Assembly (NCBI GenBank): GCA_035703635.1
Contig: DASSXV010000052.1
Span: forward strand, 1 to 64,000
DNA: 64,000 nucleotides
Direction of reading: 5' to 3'
DNA from: Trueperaceae bacterium
GTDB lineage: Bacteria > Deinococcota > Deinococci > Deinococcales > Trueperaceae
In this document: in pieces, positions 22,616 through 33,065 of the stretch
Layout: every line of letters begins with the position of its first letter
How positions within the stretch are numbered: the first letter of the stretch is position 1
Notes under the pieces: model-generated
What the model saw: the letters and a program-made list of their open reading frames with translations, nothing else
Database searches by the model: none
What the model was told of the DNA's origin: nothing
Made by a program: the position numbers and the translations under genes

Positions 22616-22642
22616 TTGGCACTCACGTGCTGAGACTGCCAA
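22616..22642 (+). promoter_or_regulatory. CIRCE element (HrcA operator)
   Basis: TTGGCACTC-N9-GACTGCCAA, versus consensus TTAGCACTC-N9-GAGTGCTAA; located at the transcription start region. Confidence 0.85.
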
Positions 22643-22670
22643 GAAGTGCAGAACGAACCCGGAGGAACCC

Positions 22671-22973
22671 ATGGCAAACAAGAAGCAGACCCTAAAGCCG
22701 CTTGGCGACAAGGTCGTGGTGGAAGTCATCGACGAGCCCCAGACCACCGTCAGCGGCATCGTGCTGCCTGACAGCGCCAAGGAGAAGAGCCAGCGCGGCA
22801 AGGTCATCGCCGTCGGAAGTGGCAAGCTCCTCGAGAACGGCACCCGCGAACCGATGGAAGTCAAGGTCGGCGACACCGTGCTCTTCGCCAAGTACGGCGG
22901 CACCGAAGTCGACCTGGGCGGTCAGGAAGTCATGATCCTGAGCCAGCGCGACATCCACGCCGTGGTCGAGTAA
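22671..22973 (+). CDS. groES: Co-chaperonin GroES
   Basis: [10 protein letters not shown]...[12 protein letters not shown]...[15 protein letters not shown]. Confidence 0.98.
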   Translation: MANKKQTLKPLGDKVVVEVIDEPQTTVSGIVLPDSAKEKSQRGKVIAVGSGKLLENGTREPMEVKVGDTVLFAKYGGTEVDLGGQEVMILSQRDIHAVVE

Positions 22974-22989
22974 CCAAGTAGCCGACTAA

Positions 22990-24687
<1,698 letters not shown>

Positions 24688-24725
24688 ACCGCAGCGAACG
24701 GTAGCGCCCAACCGCGTTACTAGCT

Positions 24726-24761
24726 GGGGGCGCCCCAAGGGAGACCTTGGGGCGCCCCTTT
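24726..24761 (+). terminator. Intrinsic terminator after groEL
   Basis: GGGGCGCCCCAAGG-GAGA-CCTTGGGGCGCCCC followed by TTT. Confidence 0.85.
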
Positions 24762-24787
24762 CGCTTGTGCCTGCAGTACTGTTTGGC

Positions 24788-26092
24788 ATGACGGCACCGG
24801 GCTTCGCTGGGTTGCAGGCGCTGCTGGGCGACGACCTCATCGCCCCGTACGGCGCCCACCCGGATGGCGTCGCTCGCTCGCTGATCCGGCTGCCACCGAC
24901 GATCGGGCGGCTGTTGGGCGTGCACGGACCGTGGCGCGGCGCGCCACTCGACCTGCCTGGCGTGGCGGAGCGCTACGAGCGCGTCGTGCTACTCCTCGTA
25001 GACGGCCTCGGTTACACCCGACTACGGCGGCAAGCGGCTGACGACCGCGGGCTTGCCGACCTGCTGGACCGCTACGGCGCCGGGGTGGCCAACGACGGGT
25101 CGTGGCTGGGTCAGCCGCTCTTGACCGTTGCCCCATCGACGACGGCCGTCGCCACGACCGTGTTGGCGGCCAACGGCGCCGCACCGGGCGAACTCGGCGT
25201 TCTTGGCTACACGCAGCTCATGCCGCGCCTTGGGCTGGTCGCGAACATGCTCTTCTGGCAACCTGCTTGGGGCAGCGCCCGCAGCAGCGGTGACCTGGAG
25301 GCGTGGGGCCTCGCCCCCGAGGCGGCGCTCCCTACCCAAACCATCTACCAAGTCTTGGCAGCGGCCGGGGTGCGGAGCCACACCTTCAGCCCGGTCGACA
25401 TCGCGCGCAGTCCGCTCTCGCGCATGCAGAACGCTGGCGCCGAGGTACACGGTTACATCGGGTGGGTAGACATGCTGACGCGCCTTAGCGCCCACCTCGA
25501 GGAGAGCGCGGGGCAACCCGGTTACACGTTCGTGTACTTCCCAGACTTCGATTCGCTCATGCACCGCGACGGCCCGGCCACCCCGACCTTCCTGCCACTG
25601 CTCGAGGCGTTCGTGGCTGGCTTGAGGCGCACGTTGGCCGGCCTGTCGCCGACCGCGAAACGCAGCACGCTACTGCTCGTGACCGCCGACCACGGCCACC
25701 ACGCCGTGCCTCGCGACCAAGCCGACTTCCTCGATCAGCATGGCGAGCTGAGAGCGCGCATGGCGTGGCGCGAGGGGGGAGAACCACGCCACGTCTTCCT
25801 GTACGCCGTGAAAGGCAAGGAGGCGGAGCTCGCCGCGCAGGCGCGCAGCGCGTTCGGTGAGCGCTTCAGAGTCCTGCTCGGGGAGGAGGCGTTGCTGGCG
25901 GGGCTCTACGGCGACCCGGCCCACCTCCACGAGGAAGCGCTCGAGCGCGTCGGCGACGTCGTGTTGCTGGCGCGCGGCGGCGCCGCGCTGTGGGACGTGC
26001 GAGGCGAGAAGCTGCCGCTCGGCATGCACGGGTCGCTGACCGAGGAGGAGTTGCTAGTGCCGCTCCTAACGCTCGCGCTCGACGTCAACTAG
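24788..26092 (+). CDS. Alkaline phosphatase superfamily (nucleotide pyrophosphatase/phosphodiesterase-like) protein
   Basis: LLLVDGLG, PSTT nucleophile, D.D...H..GP, TADHGH, GMHGS metal-binding motifs; ATG 24788 after TACTGT. Confidence 0.88.
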   Translation: MTAPGFAGLQALLGDDLIAPYGAHPDGVARSLIRLPPTIGRLLGVHGPWRGAPLDLPGVAERYERVVLLLVDGLGYTRLRRQAADDRGLADLLDRYGAGVANDGSWLGQPLLTVAPSTTAVATTVLAANGAAPGELGVLGYTQLMPRLGLVANMLFWQPAWGSARSSGDLEAWGLAPEAALPTQTIYQVLAAAGVRSHTFSPVDIARSPLSRMQNAGAEVHGYIGWVDMLTRLSAHLEESAGQPGYTFVYFPDFDSLMHRDGPATPTFLPLLEAFVAGLRRTLAGLSPTAKRSTLLLVTADHGHHAVPRDQADFLDQHGELRARMAWREGGEPRHVFLYAVKGKEAELAAQARSAFGERFRVLLGEEALLAGLYGDPAHLHEEALERVGDVVLLARGGAALWDVRGEKLPLGMHGSLTEEELLVPLLTLALDVN

Positions 26093-27708
26093 CGCCGCAG
26101 CAAGCTCTTGCCCGTCATGGCGGCCGGCTGCTCAACGCCCAGCAGGTCGAGGATCGTCGGCGCAACGTCGCCGAGGGCGCCGCCGCTACGTAGGCTCACT
26201 GCTGCGAGGTCGGGATCGTTCGATACGAGCACGCACGGCACTGGGTTGGTCGTGTGCGCCGTGTGCGGCTTACCGTCTGCCTCGAGCATCTTCTCGGCGT
26301 TGCCGTGATCGGCGAGTACGATGGCGGCGCCGCCGCGCTTCGCGACGGCGTCAAGGACTATACCTAGGCCAGCGTCGACGGCCTCGCACGCCTCGATGGC
26401 CGCCTGCAGCACGCCCGTGTGCCCAACCATGTCCGGGTTAGCGAAGTTGATCAACACGAAGTCGTCAGTGCCAGCCTCTAGCCTGGCGGCCGTCTTGGCG
26501 GCAAGCTCGGGGGCGCTCATGCTCGGTTGCAGGTCGTAGGTCGCCACTTTCGGCGACGGCACCAGCGCGCGCTCCTCGCCAGGGTATGGCGTCTCGCGTT
26601 GCGCGTCGAAGAAGTAGGTGACGTGCGCGTATTTCTCCGTTTCGGCCGTGTGGTACTGCTTCAAGCCAGCGCGTGCGATTACTTGCGGGAGGGTGTCGTC
26701 GATGGCTGGCAGCTCGAAGGCGAACGGCGCGTGCAGCTCCTTGTCGTACTCCATCAGCGAGAGGAAGGTGACGTGCGGGGCAGCGCAGCGCTCGAACTCG
26801 CGCCACTCGGGGCCGCCGAGGAGCGCGTGGCTCAGCTGCCGCGCCCTGTCGGTGCGGAAGTTGAAGAACACCACGACGTCATCAGGGCGCACGGCCCCGT
26901 CACCTTGCGGCGCACCGGCCGACCTGATGACCGTCGGCCTGACGAACTCGTCCGTCTCACCGCGCGCGTACGCTGCCTCGACCGCGGCAACGCCGCCGTC
27001 TGCCACGTGCTCGCCCCGCCCGCACACGACCAGGTCGTAGGCGAGCTTCGTGCGCTCCCAACGCTTGTCGCGGTCCATCGCGTAGTAGCGGCCGCAGACG
27101 GTAGCGAGGCGTGCGTCGCAACCGGCTGCTCGGGCGGCGGCTAACCGTTCCTCGAGCGTGGCAAGGTAACGCCTTGCCCCGTCTGGCGCGGAGTCGCGGC
27201 CATCCGTGAAAGCGTGAACCCTCACGCGCTTGACGCCTTGGCGCACCGCTAGTTCGATCAGCGCTAGGAGGTGAGGCAGGTCGGAATGCACTCCGCCGTC
27301 GCTCACGAGCCCGAGCAGGTGCAAGGTGTGCCCTTCAGCAGCCTGGTAGGCTCCGACCAAGGCCGGGTTCGTGTAGAACGAGGCGTCGTCGATGAGGCCC
27401 TGGATGTAGGTTAGCGCCTGCTTGACGACGCGGCCAGCGCCCAGGTTGAGGTGCCCGACCTCGCTGTTGCCCATCTGCCCCTCAGGCAAACCGACGCCCG
27501 TGCCTGACGCGACCAACTCGGTGTGAGGGTCGTCGCGCCAGATGGCGTCGAACACGGGCGTGCGCGCGAGGAGGACGGCGTTGCCTGGACCGGCAGGGGC
27601 TAGGCCGAAGCCGTCTAGGACGATCAGTACTACAGGTCTCGTCATCGTATGCGCTCCAAAGCGGCCGCCTTCAGCGGGCGCGGTAGTAGTGGACTTCGCG
27701 TTCGTCAC
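26089..27708 (-). CDS. gpmI: 2,3-bisphosphoglycerate-independent phosphoglycerate mutase
   Basis: LIVLDGFG, GQMGNSEVGH, GRYYAMDRD, AETEKYAHVT, NPDMVGHTG, ADHGN. Start is GTG 27708 (GTGA overlap) or ATG 27645. Confidence 0.96.
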   Translation of the reverse strand: MTNAKSTTTAPAEGGRFGAHTMTRPVVLIVLDGFGLAPAGPGNAVLLARTPVFDAIWRDDPHTELVASGTGVGLPEGQMGNSEVGHLNLGAGRVVKQALTYIQGLIDDASFYTNPALVGAYQAAEGHTLHLLGLVSDGGVHSDLPHLLALIELAVRQGVKRVRVHAFTDGRDSAPDGARRYLATLEERLAAARAAGCDARLATVCGRYYAMDRDKRWERTKLAYDLVVCGRGEHVADGGVAAVEAAYARGETDEFVRPTVIRSAGAPQGDGAVRPDDVVVFFNFRTDRARQLSHALLGGPEWREFERCAAPHVTFLSLMEYDKELHAPFAFELPAIDDTLPQVIARAGLKQYHTAETEKYAHVTYFFDAQRETPYPGEERALVPSPKVATYDLQPSMSAPELAAKTAARLEAGTDDFVLINFANPDMVGHTGVLQAAIEACEAVDAGLGIVLDAVAKRGGAAIVLADHGNAEKMLEADGKPHTAHTTNPVPCVLVSNDPDLAAVSLRSGGALGDVAPTILDLLGVEQPAAMTGKSLLRR

Positions 27709-28625
27709 TCGCCAACTCCAGTGATGGCAAGGAGCTGAGCGATGCGCGCGTCGAGCGTGGCGATGTCCTCGAGCGTGAAAGTCGCAGGCGGTCGGCCGTG
27801 CCGCAGGGCTAGGCGGGCCCTGGCAACGGCGGCCAGGCGGCCAGCCAAGCGCTGGTCGCTCACCGCGGCGGGTAGGAGCGTGGCCAACTGGGCGTCGAGC
27901 GCCCTGCCAGCTAAGTGGCGTGCGACGGCCAGCTCCTCGTCGGAAACTCCTGCTGTCACGGCTAACGGGGTCGCCTGCAAGGTGCGGGCGAGGGCAACGA
28001 CCCTGGCTTCCTTGGCGTACCGCGCGCACGCCAGGCAGAACTCGCGGCCAAGTTCGACGTCGATGTCGTGGCGCTGAGCCTCGCGCAAGGCCGCCTCACG
28101 AAGGGTTTCCGGCTGCAGGGCTCCGTCGTGCAGCACGCCGCAGCACGGGCAGGCCGTCCACCCCAACGCGCGCCTGGCGGCCTGCAGCGCGAGCAGGCTA
28201 CGGCCGGCAGCGAGGACGCCGCGCTCGACGTCGTCGGGCAAGTCAAGGGTCGTCAAGGCCCGCGTTAGCCGCTGGAGGTCGCCCGGGTCCGGCGCCGGTG
28301 GCGCGTGCGCTGGCTGCACGTGCTCGCTCTCGTCAAGCTTGCCGACTTGGAAGCGGATCTCGCGCACGTCAGTCACCAGGTAGCGCTCGCGGTAGGCCGT
28401 GATGAAGCGTTGCCGCTCCATGCTCAAGTGCATGGCCGTTTCGGAGTCGCTGACGTTGACGTAAAGCACGCCGTCGCGCAAGACCTTCGCGGCGCTGAAG
28501 GCCGCCAGCTCCGGCCCGACGAGGCGGCGCCACAAGAGGACGGCCTCCGCCCGGCGCACGCCGCGCTTGAGGCCGCCGCGCCTGAAGACCTCGGCCAGGA
28601 GTTCGGAGACGTGGCGCTCACGCAT
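27705..28625 (-). CDS. DUF721/DciA-family protein with C-terminal Cys cluster
   Basis: W..LVG..LA..S.A..LRDGVLYV.VSD...A..L...R..F...IRF DciA pattern; CPCC...CLAC; directly downstream of recF. Confidence 0.8.
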   Translation of the reverse strand: MRERHVSELLAEVFRRGGLKRGVRRAEAVLLWRRLVGPELAAFSAAKVLRDGVLYVNVSDSETAMHLSMERQRFITAYRERYLVTDVREIRFQVGKLDESEHVQPAHAPPAPDPGDLQRLTRALTTLDLPDDVERGVLAAGRSLLALQAARRALGWTACPCCGVLHDGALQPETLREAALREAQRHDIDVELGREFCLACARYAKEARVVALARTLQATPLAVTAGVSDEELAVARHLAGRALDAQLATLLPAAVSDQRLAGRLAAVARARLALRHGRPPATFTLEDIATLDARIAQLLAITGVGE

Positions 28626-29682
28626 GGCTGCCCTCCAACGTCGTCGCTTTGCCGGAGCGCATCTCGAGCCGATGATCATAACGAGGCGGTGGCTCCGTGC
28701 CAGACACGAACGCCTGAGGCGTGGCGGCCGCCAGCTCGAGGAGGTACTCGCGCCGCGCCGCATCGAGCTCGGCGGTGAAGTCGTCGATCAGCAGCACGGG
28801 CGGCTCAGCGTGCTTCTCACTCAACAGGCGGTACTCGGCCGTGCGCAAGGCAAGCGCCGTGGTGCGCGCTTCGCCACGAGACCCGTACTCCTGGAGGCTG
28901 ACGCCGCCTAGCTCGAGGTAGAGGTCGTCGCGGTGCGGGCCGACCACGGTCTGACCGCGGGCTGCCTCGACGATGCTGCTCGCCTCAAGGGCGGCCGCCA
29001 ACGACTCCTCGGCATGAGACCGGCGCAGTGTGAGCTGGAGTTCGAGGTCCGCTCCGCCCGCCACCTCACGGTAAACGGTGGCGACGAGTGGACCGACGCG
29101 CTTAACGGCGCGGTCGCGCAGCGCGTCTATCTCGGAGCCGAGCGCCACGAAACGCTCGCTCCACACGGTTAGAGTCGGCGAGGCTGGGGTGCCGCGCAAC
29201 AGTGCGTTGCGCTGCTCGACCACTCGCAGGTACTCGCGTAGCAACGACGCGTAGCGCGCCGACAGCTTGGAGAGGAGCCCGTCGAGGTACGAGCGCCTGC
29301 CAGCGGGTGGGCCGTGAACGAGATCGGCGTCCTCCGGCGTGAGGAGCACGGCGCTGACCACCCGCGCCACGTCGCTGGTGCGCGCGGCCTGACCGTCCAC
29401 CTTGAGGACCTTGCGGCCGGGCGCCAAGCCCACCTCGATGCGCGACACGCCAGCGTCATGCTCTACCTCGGCGGCAACGTACGCTTCTTCCTCACCAAGG
29501 CGCACTTGGCGCGCCAACCGGCCACCAACGACCTCGCCCGTGCACGCGAGGTATGCCGCCGCCAACAGGTTGCTCTTGCCGGCAGCGTTACGGCCAACGA
29601 CGGCGACCACGCCGCCAGGGAAGTCGAGGCGCGTGCTCCGCAGGTTGCGGAAGTTAAGTTGCGACAGGTTCTTGAGCCGCAC
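28618..29682 (-). CDS. recF: DNA replication/repair protein RecF
   Basis: NFRNL, GRNAAGKSNLL, G.P..RR.YLD, GPHRDD, SRGE, LLIDDFTAELD; leaderless TACACT-N6-GTG. Confidence 0.96.
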   Translation of the reverse strand: MRLKNLSQLNFRNLRSTRLDFPGGVVAVVGRNAAGKSNLLAAAYLACTGEVVGGRLARQVRLGEEEAYVAAEVEHDAGVSRIEVGLAPGRKVLKVDGQAARTSDVARVVSAVLLTPEDADLVHGPPAGRRSYLDGLLSKLSARYASLLREYLRVVEQRNALLRGTPASPTLTVWSERFVALGSEIDALRDRAVKRVGPLVATVYREVAGGADLELQLTLRRSHAEESLAAALEASSIVEAARGQTVVGPHRDDLYLELGGVSLQEYGSRGEARTTALALRTAEYRLLSEKHAEPPVLLIDDFTAELDAARREYLLELAAATPQAFVSGTEPPPRYDHRLEMRSGKATTLEGSHA

Positions 29683-29805
29683 CTCACGAGTGTACCGCCG
29701 GGCGCTTGGGCTGCCGGTCAAGCAGGTGCAAGCGGCCAGACCGCGCCAAGCGTCCGTCGCGGCGGGTCAGGAGCGCCGCGCAGGCCGGTGCTAGACTCCA
29801 ACCTG

Positions 29806-31041
29806 ATGAAAGACCTCGACGTCGCCGCTATCCGACGCGACTTCCCGATACTCGCCCGTGTGGTCAACGGCAAGCCGCTCGCGTACCTAGACAGCGCGGC
29901 CTCCAGTCAACGGCCGCGTCAGGTGCTTGACGCCATGCGTGACTATTACGAGAACCATCACGCCAACGTGCACCGCGGCGCCCACACCCTCGCTACCGAG
30001 GCTACCGCTGCTTACGAGGGGGCCCGCGAGAAGGTGGCGCGCTTCATCGGCGCTCCGGACCCGCGCTCGCTCGTGTTTACCCGCAACGCCACCGAAGCCA
30101 TCAACCTGGTGGCGGCCAGTTGGGGCCGCGCCAACCTCCGCGCTGGCGACGAGGTCGTCATCAGCGTGGCAGAGCACCACGCCAACATCGTGCCGTGGCA
30201 GTTCCTCAAGCGTGACCTCGGCATCGTCATCCGGCCCGTGCCTCTCACGGCCGACCAGCGCCTCGACCTGGACGCGTTGCGCGGGAGCATCAACGAGCGC
30301 ACGCGCCTCGTCGCCACCTTCCACATGAGCAACGTCCTTGGGGTCATCAACCCAGTAGCGGATATCGTGCGCAGCGCGCGCGAAGCCGGCGCGCTCGTGC
30401 TCATCGACGGGGCGCAAGCGGCCCCGCACTTGCCCGTAGACGTCGCTGAGCTGGGTTGCGACTTCTACGCGTTCTCGGGCCACAAGATGCTTGGCCCCAC
30501 GGGCATCGGGGTCCTGTGGGCGCGCCCCGAGGTGCTGGAGGGCATGCCGCCGTTCCTCGGCGGTGGCGAGATGATCGAGCGCGTAACGTTAGAGGAGAGC
30601 ACGTACGCCGGCATCCCGGCGCGCTTCGAGGCTGGAACGCCGAGCGTCGCAGAGGCCGTCGGCTTGGGCGCCGCCGTCGACTACCTAACGGGCATCGGCA
30701 TGGACGCCATCGCCCGCCACGACCACGCGCTAGCCGAGCGGGCTATCGCGCTGCTCGCGGGCGTGCCTGGCGTTACCCTCTACGGGCCGCGCGGCTTGGA
30801 CCGCGGCGGCATCGTCACCTTCACGGTCGCTGGGCTGCACGCGCACGACGTTGCCACCATGCTCGACCTGCAAGGCATCGCGGTCCGCGCCGGTCACCAC
30901 TGTGCGCAGCCGCTCGGTCGCGTGCTCGGCGCAACCGCCAGCGTCAGGGCCAGCTTCTACCTCTACACGACGGTCGAGGAAGTCGAGCGCTTCGTCGCCG
31001 TCCTCGTCGAGATAGTCGAGCGCTTCGGGGTGCCAGCATGA
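29806..31041 (+). CDS. sufS: SufS cysteine desulfurase
   Basis: YLDSAASSQRP, ANVHRG, FSGHKMLGPTG (PLP Lys), RAGHHCAQP; TAGACT-N8-ATG. Confidence 0.96.
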   Translation: MKDLDVAAIRRDFPILARVVNGKPLAYLDSAASSQRPRQVLDAMRDYYENHHANVHRGAHTLATEATAAYEGAREKVARFIGAPDPRSLVFTRNATEAINLVAASWGRANLRAGDEVVISVAEHHANIVPWQFLKRDLGIVIRPVPLTADQRLDLDALRGSINERTRLVATFHMSNVLGVINPVADIVRSAREAGALVLIDGAQAAPHLPVDVAELGCDFYAFSGHKMLGPTGIGVLWARPEVLEGMPPFLGGGEMIERVTLEESTYAGIPARFEAGTPSVAEAVGLGAAVDYLTGIGMDAIARHDHALAERAIALLAGVPGVTLYGPRGLDRGGIVTFTVAGLHAHDVATMLDLQGIAVRAGHHCAQPLGRVLGATASVRASFYLYTTVEEVERFVAVLVEIVERFGVPA

Positions 31042-31469
31042 GCCTCCTCGACGAGCTCTACCAGGACGTCATCCTCGATCACTACCGCAAGCCACGACAT
31101 CACGGTGAGATGGCGGGTGCCGACGTCGTGCAGGAGGGCATAAACCCAAGCTGCGGCGACGAGCTGACCCTATACCTGAAGGCAGAGGGCGGGCGCCTCA
31201 GCGCCGCCAGTTTCGTCGGCGAAGGGTGCGCCATCTCGCAGGCAACGGCTAGCCTCATGCTAGGCGCCATCGTGGGTGGCACGAGGGAGGACGCGGCCGC
31301 GTTGTCAGCTGCATTCCAGCGCCTCATCAGGGGCGAGGACGTGGGCCGCGACCTCGGCGACCTGGAGGCGTTGGCCGGCATCGCCAAGTTGCCTGCGAGG
31401 GTCAAATGCGCAGTGCTGCCGTGGAAGACCCTCGACGAGGCACTAGCGCGACTCCCCGAGGCAAGCTAG
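31038..31469 (+). CDS. sufU: SufU (NifU-family) Fe-S assembly protein
   Basis: LYQDVILDHY, NPSCGD, GCAISQA, RVKCAVLPW; ATGA overlap with sufS. Confidence 0.95.
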   Translation: MSLLDELYQDVILDHYRKPRHHGEMAGADVVQEGINPSCGDELTLYLKAEGGRLSAASFVGEGCAISQATASLMLGAIVGGTREDAAALSAAFQRLIRGEDVGRDLGDLEALAGIAKLPARVKCAVLPWKTLDEALARLPEAS

Positions 31470-31488
31470 GCGCGCTAGCGGCGAACGT

Positions 31489-32043
31489 TCACGAGCCGAC
31501 GGTGTCGTCAAGCAAGGTAGCGGCCAGCGTGGCGGCGTTCGGCGCGTCGTCGCCGAGCAGCGCGCTGCTTAGCGGCGCGTCGGTAGCTGGCGCCTGCGCG
31601 TCATCGGCCGCCAGCGCCGCTGAGTAGGCGGCGAGCAAGCCGCGGAACTGCTCCTTGAACAAGCGGCGCTGCTGCGTGACGCGCTCGAGTTCACCCCGCG
31701 CCCGCAGCAGGCTGGCTTCGATGTCGCTGAAGCGCGCCTGGCGCATGCGCTCGGCATCCTCGACGATGAGTTGCGCCTCGCGCTTGGCGTTCTCCTTCAG
31801 GTCGGCCGCGATGCGTTCCGCCGCCAGCACGACCTGCTGCAGCTCAGCCTCCGCCGTCCGCAGGCGCTCGATCTCGTCCTCCGCCTCGCCAAGGCGGCGC
31901 CGCATGCTTTGGGCTGCCTTCAGCGACTCTTCGACCTCGAGCGCCAGTCGTTCGAGGAACGCCTTCACCTCACGCCTGTCGTAACCGCCTGCGCGCCTCG
32001 TGAACTCGGCGTGCTGGATGTCGATGGGGGTGAGGCGGCTCAC
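31489..32043 (-). CDS. divIVA: DivIVA-domain protein
   Basis: LTPIDIQHAEF..GYDRREVKAFL plus coiled coil with AKREAQLIVEDA; start uncertain (32043 or 32067). Confidence 0.88.
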   Translation of the reverse strand: MSRLTPIDIQHAEFTRRAGGYDRREVKAFLERLALEVEESLKAAQSMRRRLGEAEDEIERLRTAEAELQQVVLAAERIAADLKENAKREAQLIVEDAERMRQARFSDIEASLLRARGELERVTQQRRLFKEQFRGLLAAYSAALAADDAQAPATDAPLSSALLGDDAPNAATLAATLLDDTVGS

Positions 32044-32098
32044 GGCGAGCGCCCTGACATCGAGCAAGCCAGGTCACGTTTGGCCAGCGGCGGCACGT

Positions 32099-32953
32099 TC
32101 AGAGGCCCGGAAGTACGGCGCGCACGAAGCGTCTGAAGGTCGTGCCGCTGCGGGCGGCCACGGCGAGGACCTCGTCACCGGTGGCGTGCTCGTCGCGGTC
32201 GGGCAAGGCCATGTCGGTAACGGTCGAGATGCCGAGCACGCGCATGCCGAGGTGACGCGCGCGCATGACCTCGAAGACCGTAGACATGCCGATGGCGTCA
32301 GCGCCCATGCCACGGAAGGCGCGCAACTCGGCGCGGCTCGCGTAGGTGGGACCCGAGATGGCCAGGTAGACGCCCTCCTTCAAGAGCACGCCCTCACGCA
32401 TGGCTACCTCGCGCGCATGGCGCAGGTACTCGGGATCGTAGCAGTCGAACATGACCGTGAAGCGCGGGTAGCTGTCGTCGTCGTTTGGCCCGATGAGGGG
32501 GTTCTGACCCGTGAAGTTGATGTAGTCGAGCTGCAGCATGAGGTCGCCTGCCGAGAAGGCGGGGTTGAGGCCGCCGCAAGCGTTCGTCACGACGAGGCTG
32601 CTCGCGCCGAGCCCATGCATGACGGCCACGGGGAACGTGCACTCTTGAGCGCTGAAGCCCTCGTACGGGTGAATACGCCCCTGCATGGCTACTACCTTGC
32701 GACCGCCAAGCTCACCTAGCACGAAGCGGCCGGCGTGACCTGGCGCGGTGGCGAGCGGCATGCCTGGAACGGCAGCGTACGGCACGGAAGTTGCGCCCTC
32801 TATCTCGTCCGCTAGCGGCCCAAGGCCTGAGCCGAGGATGATGGCCAGCTCCGGGACGGTGTTGGTGGCGCTGCGGACGGCAGCGACCGCCGCAGCGAGC
32901 TGGGTGGCCGTTTGCGCCTGCCGCTGAGCGGCTGAACTGCCGGTTTCGGTCAT
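32099..32953 (-). CDS. punA: Purine nucleoside phosphorylase (trimeric type)
   Basis: ILGSGLG, PGHAG, QGRIHPYEG, TNACGG, GMSTVFE; leaderless TATGAT-N6-ATG. Confidence 0.92.
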   Translation of the reverse strand: MTETGSSAAQRQAQTATQLAAAVAAVRSATNTVPELAIILGSGLGPLADEIEGATSVPYAAVPGMPLATAPGHAGRFVLGELGGRKVVAMQGRIHPYEGFSAQECTFPVAVMHGLGASSLVVTNACGGLNPAFSAGDLMLQLDYINFTGQNPLIGPNDDDSYPRFTVMFDCYDPEYLRHAREVAMREGVLLKEGVYLAISGPTYASRAELRAFRGMGADAIGMSTVFEVMRARHLGMRVLGISTVTDMALPDRDEHATGDEVLAVAARSGTTFRRFVRAVLPGL

Positions 32954-33065
32954 GGTCGAATCATAACCGCGGCCGCGCTGGGAGGGCTTGCGTGCGCCAG
33001 AGTCGTTCCGCCATCAGCGTGCTTTCCCCTTAGTCCTCTCACAAACGCTCCGGTAGACTGCTCGC

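Noticed and set aside
29314..29805. Apparent long N-terminal extensions on SufS, GpmI, SufU, RplA and MalG in the ORF track
   Set aside because: Artefacts of longest-ORF calling; they overlap neighbouring genes, and the true starts are marked by SD, -10 boxes or stop/start overlaps.
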